From assembly GCA_951406725.2 (NCBI GenBank), contig OX597814.1, positions 51,832,001 through 51,896,000 of the forward strand: a stretch of DNA of 64,000 nucleotides. The letters are read 5' to 3'. The notes below the pieces were generated by a model. It was not told where the DNA came from. It did not search any database and worked only from the letters and a program-made list of their open reading frames with translations. The DNA comes from Octopus vulgaris. Its lineage: Eukaryota. Each line of letters begins with the position of its first letter. Position 1 is the first letter of the stretch. The translations under genes were made by a program, and so were the position numbers. Positions 12,582-24,410 of this stretch are shown here, piece after piece.

Positions 12582-12720
12582 GAGTCAAGAAGTCAAAGAT
12601 ATCCTGGGTGAACCTTTCAATTATTTTCTTAAAAAATTTCCCAAGTTATTTCAAGTAATTTTTCATGTGATTGGAAAATCGAACCATAGACATCGAAACA
12701 TCTACAGGATATTTTATTAA
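12582..12720 (+). CDS. KEN protein terminal exon D (MSQEVKDILGEPFNYFLKKFPKLFQVIFHVIGKSNHRHRNIYRIFY*)
   Basis: atatctttag acceptor, and phase 2 joins exon C (AT|G = Met). Matches the KEN C-terminus (IRE1 EVRETLG..YFTSRFPHLL..YY; RNase L IGDPSLYFQKTFPDL). TAA at 12718-12720. Confidence 0.88.
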
Positions 12721-12918
12721 TTAAATTACAAGGATTATATTTCCTCTATTTTATATGCATATTTACACTCTATATAATCAAAAGAACGAGAAAGAACAAT
12801 CGTGAGAAAAAAATTTTATGGAAAATTATTAAAAATTATATAAAAAAAAAAAAGATATATATTTCATGTAACGTTTTTAAAAAGAATTTTGATAAAATTT
12901 ATACGTATTCAGAAAACT

Positions 12919-13014
12919 AATAAAAGAATATTATAAAGTATCTTTATTTATTCATTTATTTAATAAAGAAGATTACTTGAAAAATTTCTTTGGCTTCTTT
13001 GACATTTTAATAAA
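12919..13014 (+). promoter_or_regulatory. Candidate polyadenylation signals of the KEN gene
   Basis: AATAAA at about 12919, 12962 and 13009, 200-290 nt after the stop. The AT-rich context weakens this. Confidence 0.4.
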
Positions 13015-13351
13015 CTCAATAATACTTTTAATAAAAATCTTTTAATTAGTCAAAAGTTAAACAGCCACAAGAGAAATTTTTTTTAAAATCCTGTTGTTTT
13101 AGCCCAGCACAGAATCAATGATATTGAAAATGATGGAATAAGAGCCAGTGCTATTATAATGCTAAGTCTTCTGCTAAATCGACACCATTTAGTGCATTGC
13201 ATGGTTGCTGTTAATGATATTAAAGATAAAATTTGTATTAGTTAAAAGGAAAAAATAAATAAAAATAAAAATCGGTTTATACTATACACAATTTAAACAT
13301 GTGATATTTACAGTTCTGTATTTAGGAGATGAGGAATTATTTACATTTGAT

Positions 13352-13756
13352 GGATATTTGTCCTCATCTTGTTTGTTGTTAACACATTTTGGCTTATATA
13401 TCCTCCAGCCTCCATCAGGTGTCTTATGGAAATTTTGAACCTGGGTTCTCATTCCTAAGGTATTTTTTTGATATTGTTATTATTATTCAGGTCACTGCCT
13501 GGAATCGAACTTGGAATCTTGGGGTTAGCAGCCCGCGCTCTTAATTCATAGGCATAGTGGTTAAATGTGTGGGCTACTAACCCCAAAATTCCAAGTTCAA
13601 TTCCAGGCAGTGACCTGAATAATAACAACAACATCAAAAAAATATCTTAGGAATGAGAACCCAGGTTCGAAATTTCCCCAAGACACCTGATGAAGGCTGG
13701 AGGGTATATCAGCCGAAACGTTGTGTTAACATCAAACAAGATGAGGATAAATATCC
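13352..13756. mobile_element. Head-to-head inverted pair of tRNA-headed, hammerhead-tailed SINE-like elements
   Basis: Arms 13352-13544 and 13561-13756 are reverse complements around a 16-nt spacer. The head has A-box-like GGCATAGTGG, anticodon-like stem-loop GGG-CT(G/A)CTAA-CCC and B-box GTTC(G/A)ATTCC. Confidence 0.88.
13682..13727 (+). ncRNA. Minimal type I hammerhead ribozyme (Penelope-type)
   Basis: Stem I GACAC(13682-86)/GTGTT(13723-27). Core CTGATGA(13687-93) plus extra A. Stem II GGCTG(13695-99)/CAGCC(13710-14). GAAA(13715-18), palindromic ACGT in place of stem III, and cleavage triplet GTT. Confidence 0.82.
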
Positions 13757-14439
13757 TTTATAAAATTATCTTCTTCAAAGATACTGTGCAATGTTTGTAA
13801 GAAGAACTACATGTAAACAGAGTTCTGCTATGTATTTCTATAATTTCAAAGGAACTTCACTCTAATGTGAAGTTTTTGGTAATTCAGTAAGTTGCATTGC
13901 AAAATGATCATCCCACATTTATTAAAATAGTGACAAGTTTAAGTTTTGCTTAAGTTTTGAAACTATCAGTTTTAATCTAAACCAGAACAAGATTAGAATT
14001 GCAGTGAAAATCCCATCTCAATCATGCTAAAAAATCCAATCTCTGAACAACTCCCACATTTAATGAAAGTAAATTCTTGAAATTTAAAACCCTGAGGAAA
14101 CAGTTTCCAAATTTCATGAAATTCAAGCCTAGTTTGTGCTTTACTTTGAAAACACAGATTTGCCTTTAGCAATACAAAATATGAAACTCCTAATTTTATT
14201 TATCTTTATAATTGAGAAATTGTTCATCATTATAATCAATATCAACTTCAGCTATATTCTTTTCCTAGAACACTGCCTTCAGGCATTTTCCGTTATTCAT
14301 AACAGCCCCAGTATTTATTTCTGTTCAGTTCTTATTTTATTGATCTATATTTAACTATTGGCTATATTACCATTTTGATCATTTCGGTCTTGTTTTATCT
14401 GGTGATTTTGAGACACATTCACTGACACATACAACATAC

Positions 14440-14603
14440 AGACGTTTCTGTCCAGTTTCCATCTACCAAATTCTACTGGCAAGCTATTGATCAACCTGAA
14501 GCTATAGTTAAAGAGACTTGTCCAATGTGCCATGCAATGGGATTGAAGCCACAACCATGTAATTGTGAAGTAAACTTCTTTACCACACAGCCATACTTGC
14601 ACC
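14440..14603 (-). mobile_element. SINE family A
   Basis: Reverse complement of the family A head and core. Confidence 0.75.
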
Positions 14604-16779
14604 TATGACGATTAACTATTAACATTCTTTAGATATCAAATGAATATCAAATAAATGCAGTTGACAGCACCTGTTGTTATATACTTGTTGTCATAGAGCT
14701 ATGGCTGAATCGTCTTTATTATTACCAAAAGAAATTTTGTAATAGATGCTGATTTGTCAAGAAGTGTTTGCTGAAAGATGAGAAGATTAAATAAATGAAA
14801 TGACAATATTTGAATTAACTCCAGAAAAAAAAAGTACTTTTTGAAGAATAGATTAAATCATTTGTATAAAAATAGTGAAGAACACCATGAATTGTAATCT
14901 ATATATAAACTTATAGTTAATCGTCAAGGTTAAATATATGTTTATTAAACACACACACAAGTATAATTTATCCACACATACATTGTCCTAATACTTTTAA
15001 TACACTGCCAGAGTATGTGCTAGTATGCATATGAGTAAAATCTACACGTTATTCTTAGCATTATTTATAAGTAGCTTAAAATTGTTTCCTCTTTCTGTAG
15101 AATGGAACAGTTTAGGTACACTTTCATTTCATTTAAAGAACAGGTTAGAGACTTTTATTAAGTTGGCAAAAACCAGGCAAAACTAGTTGATCTGTTCTCC
15201 AGAAAGAACCATATAAGCTTAACCGTAGGTTCTAGTTCTGTTATGAAGTTGAAAGCATGCAAATTTACTTACAATTTAAAATTATACTTGAATAAAGAAA
15301 TATAAAAATATTAGAGACCTTACATGTAGGGTCATCTCTCTCTCTCTCATTGATGGAAATGTTAGATGGCTGTTTGTATTGGATAGCTATTGCATTTGTA
15401 TTTCTGTAGATATGTGTTCATGTTGCACCACATAGAAGTTAAGTTTGTTTATTTATTCTTAGTTAGAAGGAAAGACAGTACTCATGACTGTGGGAAAGAG
15501 GGAGGAAGATATCCTGTAATTAGATACTAGCTTGAATGCTAGCAATGAAATAGACTATGTTAAAGACACTGAAGGTATTAGGCTGTTGTATTACAGATTG
15601 TCTACCTCTCGGGTAGGTTATGGTGGTATTTGATCTCGGAATGCTGAGAACAAATACTACAAAGCATTCCATCACAATGCTTTAAATGATTCTGCTGGTC
15701 CACTATGCTAGACTGATTGTTTATTTGTCAACCTCAGAAGAATGAAAAGTAAAGTTGATCTTCGTAGAATTTAAACTCAGGACACCTGAAACCAGAATAA
15801 ATATTGTGAGGTACTCTATCTGATGCTCTGATTACCCCACATTTGTAAGATGGATCCTTCTAGTCATATTCACAAACTAATGCCACATTATGACTGCTGC
15901 GGAAAAAAAAATGTTTGAAAGAAATTTGAATTGGCTATTCTTAACTGAATAACAGCTATTCATTAATACTGAGAAATGATAGAGATGACTAACATTGGGA
16001 TAAAATTATAGTCATTACATGATGTTGGGAAGCCATAGAAATTTGTCTCACTAGTGGTGAATTTTTTCACTGTGAGATTGTTAATTTTTTGGAGTTTCTG
16101 CTATTACCATACCAAAGCTAAGAAATAACATCATCATAATGTATAATTTAATCACTAACTTTATTAGAATGTTCTTTGTTATATTATAATTTCACAGCTG
16201 GAAAGATAACTAAATGGTTGAAAATAACATTTGAGAATGAATATAACACATGAACAAAGTTCTCTAACACAAAACAGAAAATTAAATAAAGCCATTTTTT
16301 TTTGTTGCTCATTTTTGGATTTTTAGCAAAACTTTAACCACCACCATCACAAGAGAATCTCATCGTGATTAATAAACCTGTTAGAAACAGAAGCCAAATT
16401 TGCCTCAAACTGTACTTTGTTTTTAAAAAAGGAAAGACACATTGAATAATTAGTCCTAGATATTTTAGTCTTTAAAAAGAAGAAAAAAAACAGGACAGTC
16501 ATGACTGGAAGGCCTTTGTTCAAAGATCTGTTCAATCAAGTCTGACAGAAGTTAGACAAACAACAATAATTCGAATATTTACCACCACCATGATAACAAT
16601 ATCTGAAGGAGTTGCATTTTCATATGTCTTAGTGCTTTTAGTTTTTGTTGAGTACACACATTTAGCTCATGTTGAACCATGAAAGAATTCAGTTGGCTAC
16701 TATGCTCAAAACCAGATATTAGCCATCATCAATTCAGTATTAAATGTAATATATTTTAGGTCATAATGATAATAATGAA

Positions 16780-17450
16780 TGAATGGAATTATTGTGTACA
16801 GTGCTCCGGTGCACTACAACTTATCAAAGGTGCATGTATAGTACATAGAATTATGTACAAATATCAGGAAAGTGAACAGTGTATGAGTCATGATATACAT
16901 GTGTGCATGCATATGGAGTGGGGTGATATCAGGTGTGGTGTTGGCCAATTTCAGAAAGCATGGAGGTTTTAAAGGATGCAATGTTATAGCAGCTAACAAC
17001 CAATGCAGGTAATTTATTCCATGCTTCAGCAACTCTGAGAATGAAAAATGTTTCCAAAAGTCATGGAAGCTGTGCTGTTTTCTGACTTTGTAGGCATGCC
17101 CATGTGCATTAGACATTGGAATTCAGAGTTGTTGTAGGCACAATTGTTAATAATTTTGTGGGTGCCAGGTGTCAGAGCTTCAATGTATCCATGCCCAGAA
17201 TGTAGTAGATGCCTGATGGAGGGTATTTGCTTGGTTGCATGTCTCTGAACAGTTTCCAGGAAGTCAATGTTCAGAGCAAGATAGGGGTTCCAGACTGGTG
17301 ATGCAAATTCCAAGTTTGGCTGCACCATGGCCATATACAGCCTTAAATAGATCGCTGAAGAGTGGCTGACAAAGGTCTTGTTGAGTGATGCCAAGATACC
17401 CTCAGCCTTCTTGACAATTTTAGAGACATGCTTTGTCCAGAGTAAATTGC
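16780..17450 (-). mobile_element. CR1-clade LINE 3' fragment
   Basis: ORF 17026-17394(-) reads LYMAMVQPNLEFASPVWNPYL..IDFLETVQRHATKQIP, the typical CR1/L2 ORF2 C-terminus. A related + strand remnant lies at about 33730-34175. Confidence 0.85.
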
Positions 17451-17559
17451 TTCTGTCAAGTTTTCCCGTCTTATTTGACTTGCCTCTGTTCTTGCTACAA
17501 TTTTGCTTTTCTTACAACCCTTATGCATTTCATTAACACTTGGTAACATAATTCTTTCT

Positions 17560-17986
17560 ACTATAGGCACAAGGCCTGAAATTTTAAAAGTGTCTAATCA
17601 ATTGCATCAACCCCTGTGCTCAACTGGTTCTTGTTTTATCAACCCTGAAAGGTGTGAAAGGTAAAGTCGACCTTTGCAGAATTTGAACTCAGCAGCATTT
17701 TTCCAGCTTTATGTTCTAAGTATTTCGTTTTGTGCAGTAATGATTCTGCCAGCCTGCCACCTTAGTGAAATAATGATGGTTTTGAATTTTGGCACAAAGC
17801 CAGCAATTTCAGGGGAAGGGGAAGTTGATTATATTGATTCCAGTACTCAGCTGATACTTATTTTATTGACCCTGAAAGAATGAAAGGCAAAGTCGACAAT
17901 ATTTGAACACAGAACAAGTTGGGCAGACGAAATGCCATTAAGCATTTCAACTGATATGTTAACGATTCTGCCAGCTTGCTGCCTTA
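17560..17986 (-). mobile_element. Two tandem copies of SINE family B (MetaSINE-like core GCCTTTCATCCTTTCGGGGTCGATAAA..GTACCAG)
   Basis: Both contain the reverse complement of the core (ttttattgaccctgaaagaatgaaaggcaaagtcgac) and the ttctgccagc head. Confidence 0.75.
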
Positions 17987-18744
17987 CTGAGTGAAATAAT
18001 GAGATGATTTATTTTTGACTTTAGAACAATTTAAAAGACAATGGCAATTTGGCAGAGAAGTTAGAGTGTTGGACAGAATTCCTCAGAGTTTTTGTTCCAT
18101 CTTATTGCATTCTAAGTTCAACCCATACCAAAGTCAACTTTACCTGTCATCCTTTCAGATTTGATTTTTAAAAAATGTGCCAGTCCTGTGTAGTGGATTA
18201 GTAGGACATTTGACTGAATATCTTGCATTATTTGTACTGCCATTTTGCATTCTGGCTTCAAATCTCACCATGGCCTAGGTGTTGCCTGGTTTAACACCCC
18301 ACCTAGTGCCTTCAGTGAAGTCCACTCTATTGCAAACATTTCCAGCCTGGGGATACCTTCCTTCCTCTCTCCCTCCCACCAGTTTCAGAGGTCTTGTAAT
18401 AGATCATGGGCACTCTGACTAAAAAAGATTTTTAAAAAAGCAGAAATAGAAATGGAAGAACACCAGATTGAATTAAATCCCATCAAGGTGGATATGATCT
18501 TTCAATTCCGTTGAGTCAATAAGATCCATATCAGTTATACTTAATGGATGATACTCCTTCTCTCTGCAATTTTACTTTGTAACATGTTATTAATGTTATG
18601 CAGAGGAAAAAAATTAAAAGAATTGTGATGAGTGAAACTGAATAAATCCATGGTTTAGTATGTAATCTTCCTATTACAAATGATGCTGACAAGTCTTAAA
18701 ATATTTTAAATCCAAATCTTTTCTTTTTAATACTTTCATGCTGT

Positions 18745-18948
18745 AAGGCAGTTTGCAGGCAGAATCATTAGCATGCTGGGGAAAATGCATCTTGTCTGTC
18801 TTTATGTACTGAGTTGAAATTCCGCAGAGGTTGACTTTGCCTTTCATCCTTTTGGGGTCAATCTAAATACCAGTTGAGTACTGGGATCAATGTATAAGTG
18901 ACTTACCCTCTTCCCTGAAATTGATGGCCAAAGTTTTAAACTAATATT
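18745..18948 (+). mobile_element. SINE family B
   Basis: aaggcagtttgcaggcagaatcattagc..gagttgaaattccg..gactttgcctttcatcctttt ggggtc. Confidence 0.78.
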
Positions 18949-20914
18949 TTCATATTGTACTGTAAGGAAAAGAAGTTAATGCTATTGGACTCAAAGTTCT
19001 TGTAAATAGGGTGAAAATGATATTGATTTTGTGCATATACATAATTTCAGATTTAAAGAAGGAAATTAAACTGTGTTACACATGTCCTCCTCAAGAATTG
19101 TAGTAACTAAGTGAAATAAAATGACTATGACAAGGAATCAATACTGGGGCATCAACTCATCTCACCAGGAACTTACATTTAATTTAGAACATTCATGTAT
19201 ATTGAAAGCAAAAGACTCTTCACACTATGTTTTCCAATACCATGATTTGTAATGCATAAGTCTACATTGTAAAGAATTAGAGAGGGACAATCATTGCTCA
19301 CAGATAGTACCTCATGCCAACAGAGAAAAAACATGTGAATTGATTTATTAAAATTGTGAGGATGATGGTGAGATTTCAACATTTAATCAACATTACATCA
19401 ACATACTAATGGAAGGTGAACATGGATTATGAAAATGATTATCTGGTAGTAACAGTAGACTTAGGGTTTATAGATTTTTTGTTTTTTTTAGTTCTTTCTT
19501 TCATATCAGCCTTTAATCTGGTTGATATAGTGGAATACTAAAAGGAGAAAATGTCAAATTAAGTAAAGTCAAGAAGTCAAGATCCAACTAATCATATCAC
19601 TGGTTACTGCTGCTACAATATTTGCACAATGTAAATCTATTTAGGTGAACATTGCTTCTGGTGAAATCTAATAAAAGAGTTGCTTTATTATTATCTTCTT
19701 GTATTTTGATCTTTGACTTTTACTAAACCAGCTGAAATATTTGTGGCTTTCAGAGAGAGAGAACAAGAACTAAGTAAAAGCATATAGAAATTCTCCACAG
19801 TTTTTGAAATATATGTTACTTTGACACAAGGGAATGAATATAGTGGAATATTTATGATTATAATAAATATCACCCCCAAGGAAAACTTAGGAAAAGTTAC
19901 AATTCCCATTTTGGCATGAGTTCTTTAAAAATTTATTATTAACAAATGAGAAATAGAAGGAAATAATTTTGATGCAATTAAATAACCAATATATGTTGTG
20001 AAATATTTTAGAAGTATGATCTCTTGTAGAATATATTGAAAAAAAAAGGTAAAATATTTCTTTTTGAAAGCAATTTGTATTTTAATCTATTTTAACTTCA
20101 GATATATCAAAGGAACGAGGTGCAAATATGCAAATAGCATTTATTATTCACTGTTACAGCAGCTGCTGATTGATGTTATTGAAATAAAGCCAGTTAGGTT
20201 TTTAGAATAACAATTTTAATATCACTCTTTTAAGAATGACAGAACAAGATTAAAATTTTAGCAAATTAGTTTGTCACCATATAGGAACCTCTGCATAGTT
20301 TCTGAAATAGCAGTAAAATCTTCATTACAGTTCACCCTTACAGTCTTCAAGAAAATGAAGGTCAGATTTACCAATATAGTCCCTATGTTCTGTCTGAACA
20401 AAAAGCTGGTCACTTCTGAAATGCTATTGATCATAGGTTTGACATGGGACTAAATAAAAGAAAAAAAAAAAACAGTGATTAAACTATTAACATATAAAGC
20501 CTGAGCAATCTCAGTTACAAACACCAATGAACTTTTTATATTAAAATGAAAATAAATAACATCCTCTATTTATCTTGAATATTTATCTATGTAATGTGAG
20601 TAAATTAAAATTTGGGGTGGGAGCTATTTACTTTTTGAGGGGCAAATTTTAAAAAAGATGAAACTGAGGCCATACAAGTTTGTTCTTTACATCTGTCCCT
20701 TGCAATCACCCTCTTTCCCCACCCATAATTACTACCTGATGTACACCTCTGCACTCTCACGTGTGTCTACCTACACACAGTCACCCTCAGTGCCCTCTCA
20801 TATCTACCATAGCCTCCTTGAGTCAAATTACCAGAGTCAAAATACTGGGAGTGAAATTACCAGGAGTCAAATTACCAGCTACCATATATATTATAGATAT
20901 ATGATGGACTTCTT

Positions 20915-21046
20915 TTAGTTTTCATTTACCAAATCCACTCACAAGGTTTGGTTGGCCCAATAGAAGACACTTGCCCAAGGTGCCACACAGTGGGACTGAA
21001 CCCAGAACCATGTAGTTAGGAAGCAAACTTCTTCTACTCAGCTATG
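20915..21046 (-). mobile_element. SINE family A
   Basis: accaaatccactcacaagg..gaagacacttgcccaaggtgccacacagtgggactgaaccc. Confidence 0.8.
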
Positions 21047-24000
21047 CTTGTCTTTATGAAAAGACATCCTTGTCACTAATAAGGATGTCTTTTCATTTCT
21101 TTCCTGATCTAGAACTGGCTGCAAATGTTCCTCAAGTACCATCTTAAATGGTACTTGAGGTACCATCTTAAATGGTCACATAGTTTTAGCTAAATGAATC
21201 AAACCCAGAGCAAGAGTAATACTTATTTTACCAACCATAGAGAGAAAAATGAAGCAAATAGATCGGAATGTTGAAAGTTGGAAACAAATGCTACAATCTA
21301 TATAGTTTTGTGTTCGGATTCCGTCATTGACTCAAAGCAAAAAGCTTTCCTCTGGAAGGGAACAACCAATGAAATTTCTACCCCATGATACTGTTAAAGT
21401 TTCTCTTGAACAGTTGCTGGTTAACATCTTTGAGAAAAGGAAAGATGTATGAGTTGGGGGTATCTAAGTAGAGATTGTGTGAAACCAGCAAACTCTAAAA
21501 GAGCAGAAACTACTATAGTAGCAGTATTTAAACTTTAGTAGCAAGATTCAAAACTAAGCATTCTTTCCAAACTCTTGTACCGAGTTGCATTGATTTTAAT
21601 ACTCTCGTTTCTTTTTTATCATATGCACTGACTCTCTTTTACATTGAATTCTATAGTTTAGATTTAACTGATGCTTGATATTGTAGTTATTTTGGTATAT
21701 AGTGTTTGTTGCAGTGTTATTTTGGTGTAATGTTAATATATCTGTAAAATGTTAGGCATGTAGTTGCAGAGGAATATATTTTGTAATTTAGAGTTGATAA
21801 TGGCTATAAACAGTGTTCTTCAGATCTCTAAACCTCACAGACACAGTTGCTTAATAACAACCAAACAATCATAAATTAGAAACCCAGCTCCATAGAAACA
21901 AAATGACAATAGCAACAAGCAAACCTTCCAGCACATTATTCACCAACAACATTAAGAGTGCACCATCTTAAACCACATATCACACTCTATAAAAGCAACA
22001 CACATTTTGGCGAAGTTTAATGCTTTATTTGCAGTGGTGAATCTTAAATAAATTTAAAAAATGCCATTCTGAATATGTTGCATCTTTTTAATATGGAAAC
22101 TAGTATCTTTAACAAATTAAAATAACCTCACATCAGTAGGAAAAAAATAAATGTTTACTATTTGAAAACACTTCAATCTAGTTAATTTAAACTCAATGAC
22201 TTTATAGTTAGAGATCCAAATGTAAACTTAATTATTTGATAATAGTAACCTTATAGACAGATTTTATTAAGAGATTTTTTCTTCATTATTTTAAAATGTT
22301 TGTTCAGATGATGAAGGAAAAAGAAAACAATATGTTATTCAAATAGTAAAAGTAATTCAGTTGGTAATTGTAAATTACAGTATAGTTTATTTTACATTGT
22401 ATTTGCTATTAAAGAAATATAGCAAAGAACATTTTAATCTGCTTTCTATCAAGTGAATCATAGTTAATGTTTTTCTCCCTCCGAGCAGTAGCATGGTAAC
22501 CTGCTACTAAACAGTTCCTAAAATGTTTCAATGAAAAAAAAAAATCTAATTATCCTCTTATTGAAAAAAAATAGTGTCAAAGACTAGAAAAAATATATAT
22601 TAAAAATAGATTTCTATCAGTCAACAGACAAAAGTGCATAAACATAAAAATAACAATACAAAATCAAGCTCAAACAACATTTTATTGAGAAAAATTGCTT
22701 TCAAAGATACAAAAATACAATGCTTTCATCAAAGACACAATAATGTTTTATCCTTTTACATTTTTTTTTTTTTTATATTTTTTATGATTATTTTTTGGCT
22801 GAAAGATGTGATCAAGGTATAAGAAAAGATGGTTGAGAAGATAACAGAAGCACCGAGAAGGAGAATAAATGTTTAGAAATAAAGGCTGTCTGTTGAAGGT
22901 GCGTAAAGAGTTTGAGATGGGTAGGAACAGGAAGGCGTTTTATGATGATATTCAACAAGGGAATACAGATTGAGGCCAATGTATAAAATTACGGAGAAAA
23001 TAATCCTTACAACACATCAACTGATGCTTATAAAAATTTGGTTCATTATTTATTGTTAGAACTGGTTCTAACAGAAATTTATGCAAGGTGTAAAACAATG
23101 GCTAGTAATTAACCTTAAAAAATTGTACAGGAGGTATAGTGTCTGACATTAGACAGGCAGTTTTAGCTTTAATTGTACTATTGTTTACAGAGTTTTCAGA
23201 TGTCATGAAATGAGAATGAAGAATTTATTATTAGAACTTAATAGATGAAAGGAACATTTGAGGAAACATAAGGGGAAAGTAATTTAGTTAATTAGATAAT
23301 GTTCTCAAATTGGAATACAGAAAATGATATTAACATTTTTTTTATTGGAGATGAAAGAACAATAACCAAGGGAACAGTGATAATTAATATTTAATAAATA
23401 TAATTCTGGATATGTGCATTTGTGTACATATGCATGTGTGGGAGGTACATGTGCTATGTATGATATTTTGAATAATTTATAGGTCACCTTTTTTATTTCA
23501 AAAATGACTCACTGTAATAGTGGATTTTATACTAAAATGTGGGAAAATTAGAAATCAAAGAACTTATTAATAAAATTGTTACTGTACAATTGAATAATTT
23601 TGAAATTATACATTTATTACTCTTAACCTAAATTTTATTTCACCATATCTACCAATGTCTCTTGTACAAACAGCAAAGGAGGTTAACAGTAAAGGATCTA
23701 TTTTATTTTTCTACTGCATATAGTCTAGTTCAATATCTGTTTAATGTCTGATACATTCTGGCTCTATTTATTATTTGTAAATGACATTTATTTTAAGTGT
23801 GTGTGTTTGTGGAGTGGGTACAGAGGTCTAGTTGATTAAATTGACCTCAGTATAGATTGGTATTTACTTAATCAACCGTAAGGAGCTGGAAGGTAAAATT
23901 GACTTTGGCAGAATGTAAATTTTGTGAAACAAATAAAAATTCTTTTACTTCAGCACTTCTGTTCATCAACTTCACTGCCTATAATTAAATTGATAATTAT

Positions 24001-24119
24001 ATTTGTAGTAGCAGTAAACTCTCACATTTTCCTAACAAAAGCAAAATGTTGCAATGCATATCAACTAAGAAGTTAGTGTATATACTATAAAAAGAGCTTC
24101 AGAAAGGTTTAGATTGTCA

Positions 24120-24410
24120 ACCTCGGGCCAACCAAAGCCTTGTGAGTGGATTTGGTCGACAGAAACTGAAAGAAACCCATCATGTATATCTATATATATA
24201 TGTGTGTTTGTGTGTCTGTGTTTGTCCTCCCAACATCACTTGACAACTGATGCTGGTGTGTTTACATCCCCATGACTTAGTAGTTCAGCAAAAGAGACCG
24301 ATAGAATAAGTACTAGGCTTCCAAAGAATAAATCTGGGGTTGATTTGCTCGACTATAGGCGGTGCTCCAGCATGGCCACAGTCAAATGACTGAAACAAGT
24401 AAAAGAGTAA
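24120..24410 (+). mobile_element. 5'-truncated SINE family A
   Basis: cctcgggccaaccaaagccttgtgagtggatttgg..cagcatggccacagtcaaatgactgaaacaagtaaaaga. A similar copy lies at about 27075-27392. Confidence 0.8.

Noticed and set aside
13545-13615. Possible tRNA-Ser gene
   Set aside because: No proper acceptor stem or long variable arm, and it is embedded in a repeat. Interpreted as a SINE head.
21307-21447. Open frame between AG and GTATGA (possible exon)
   Set aside because: Poor polypyrimidine tract, no recognisable homology and no partner exons.
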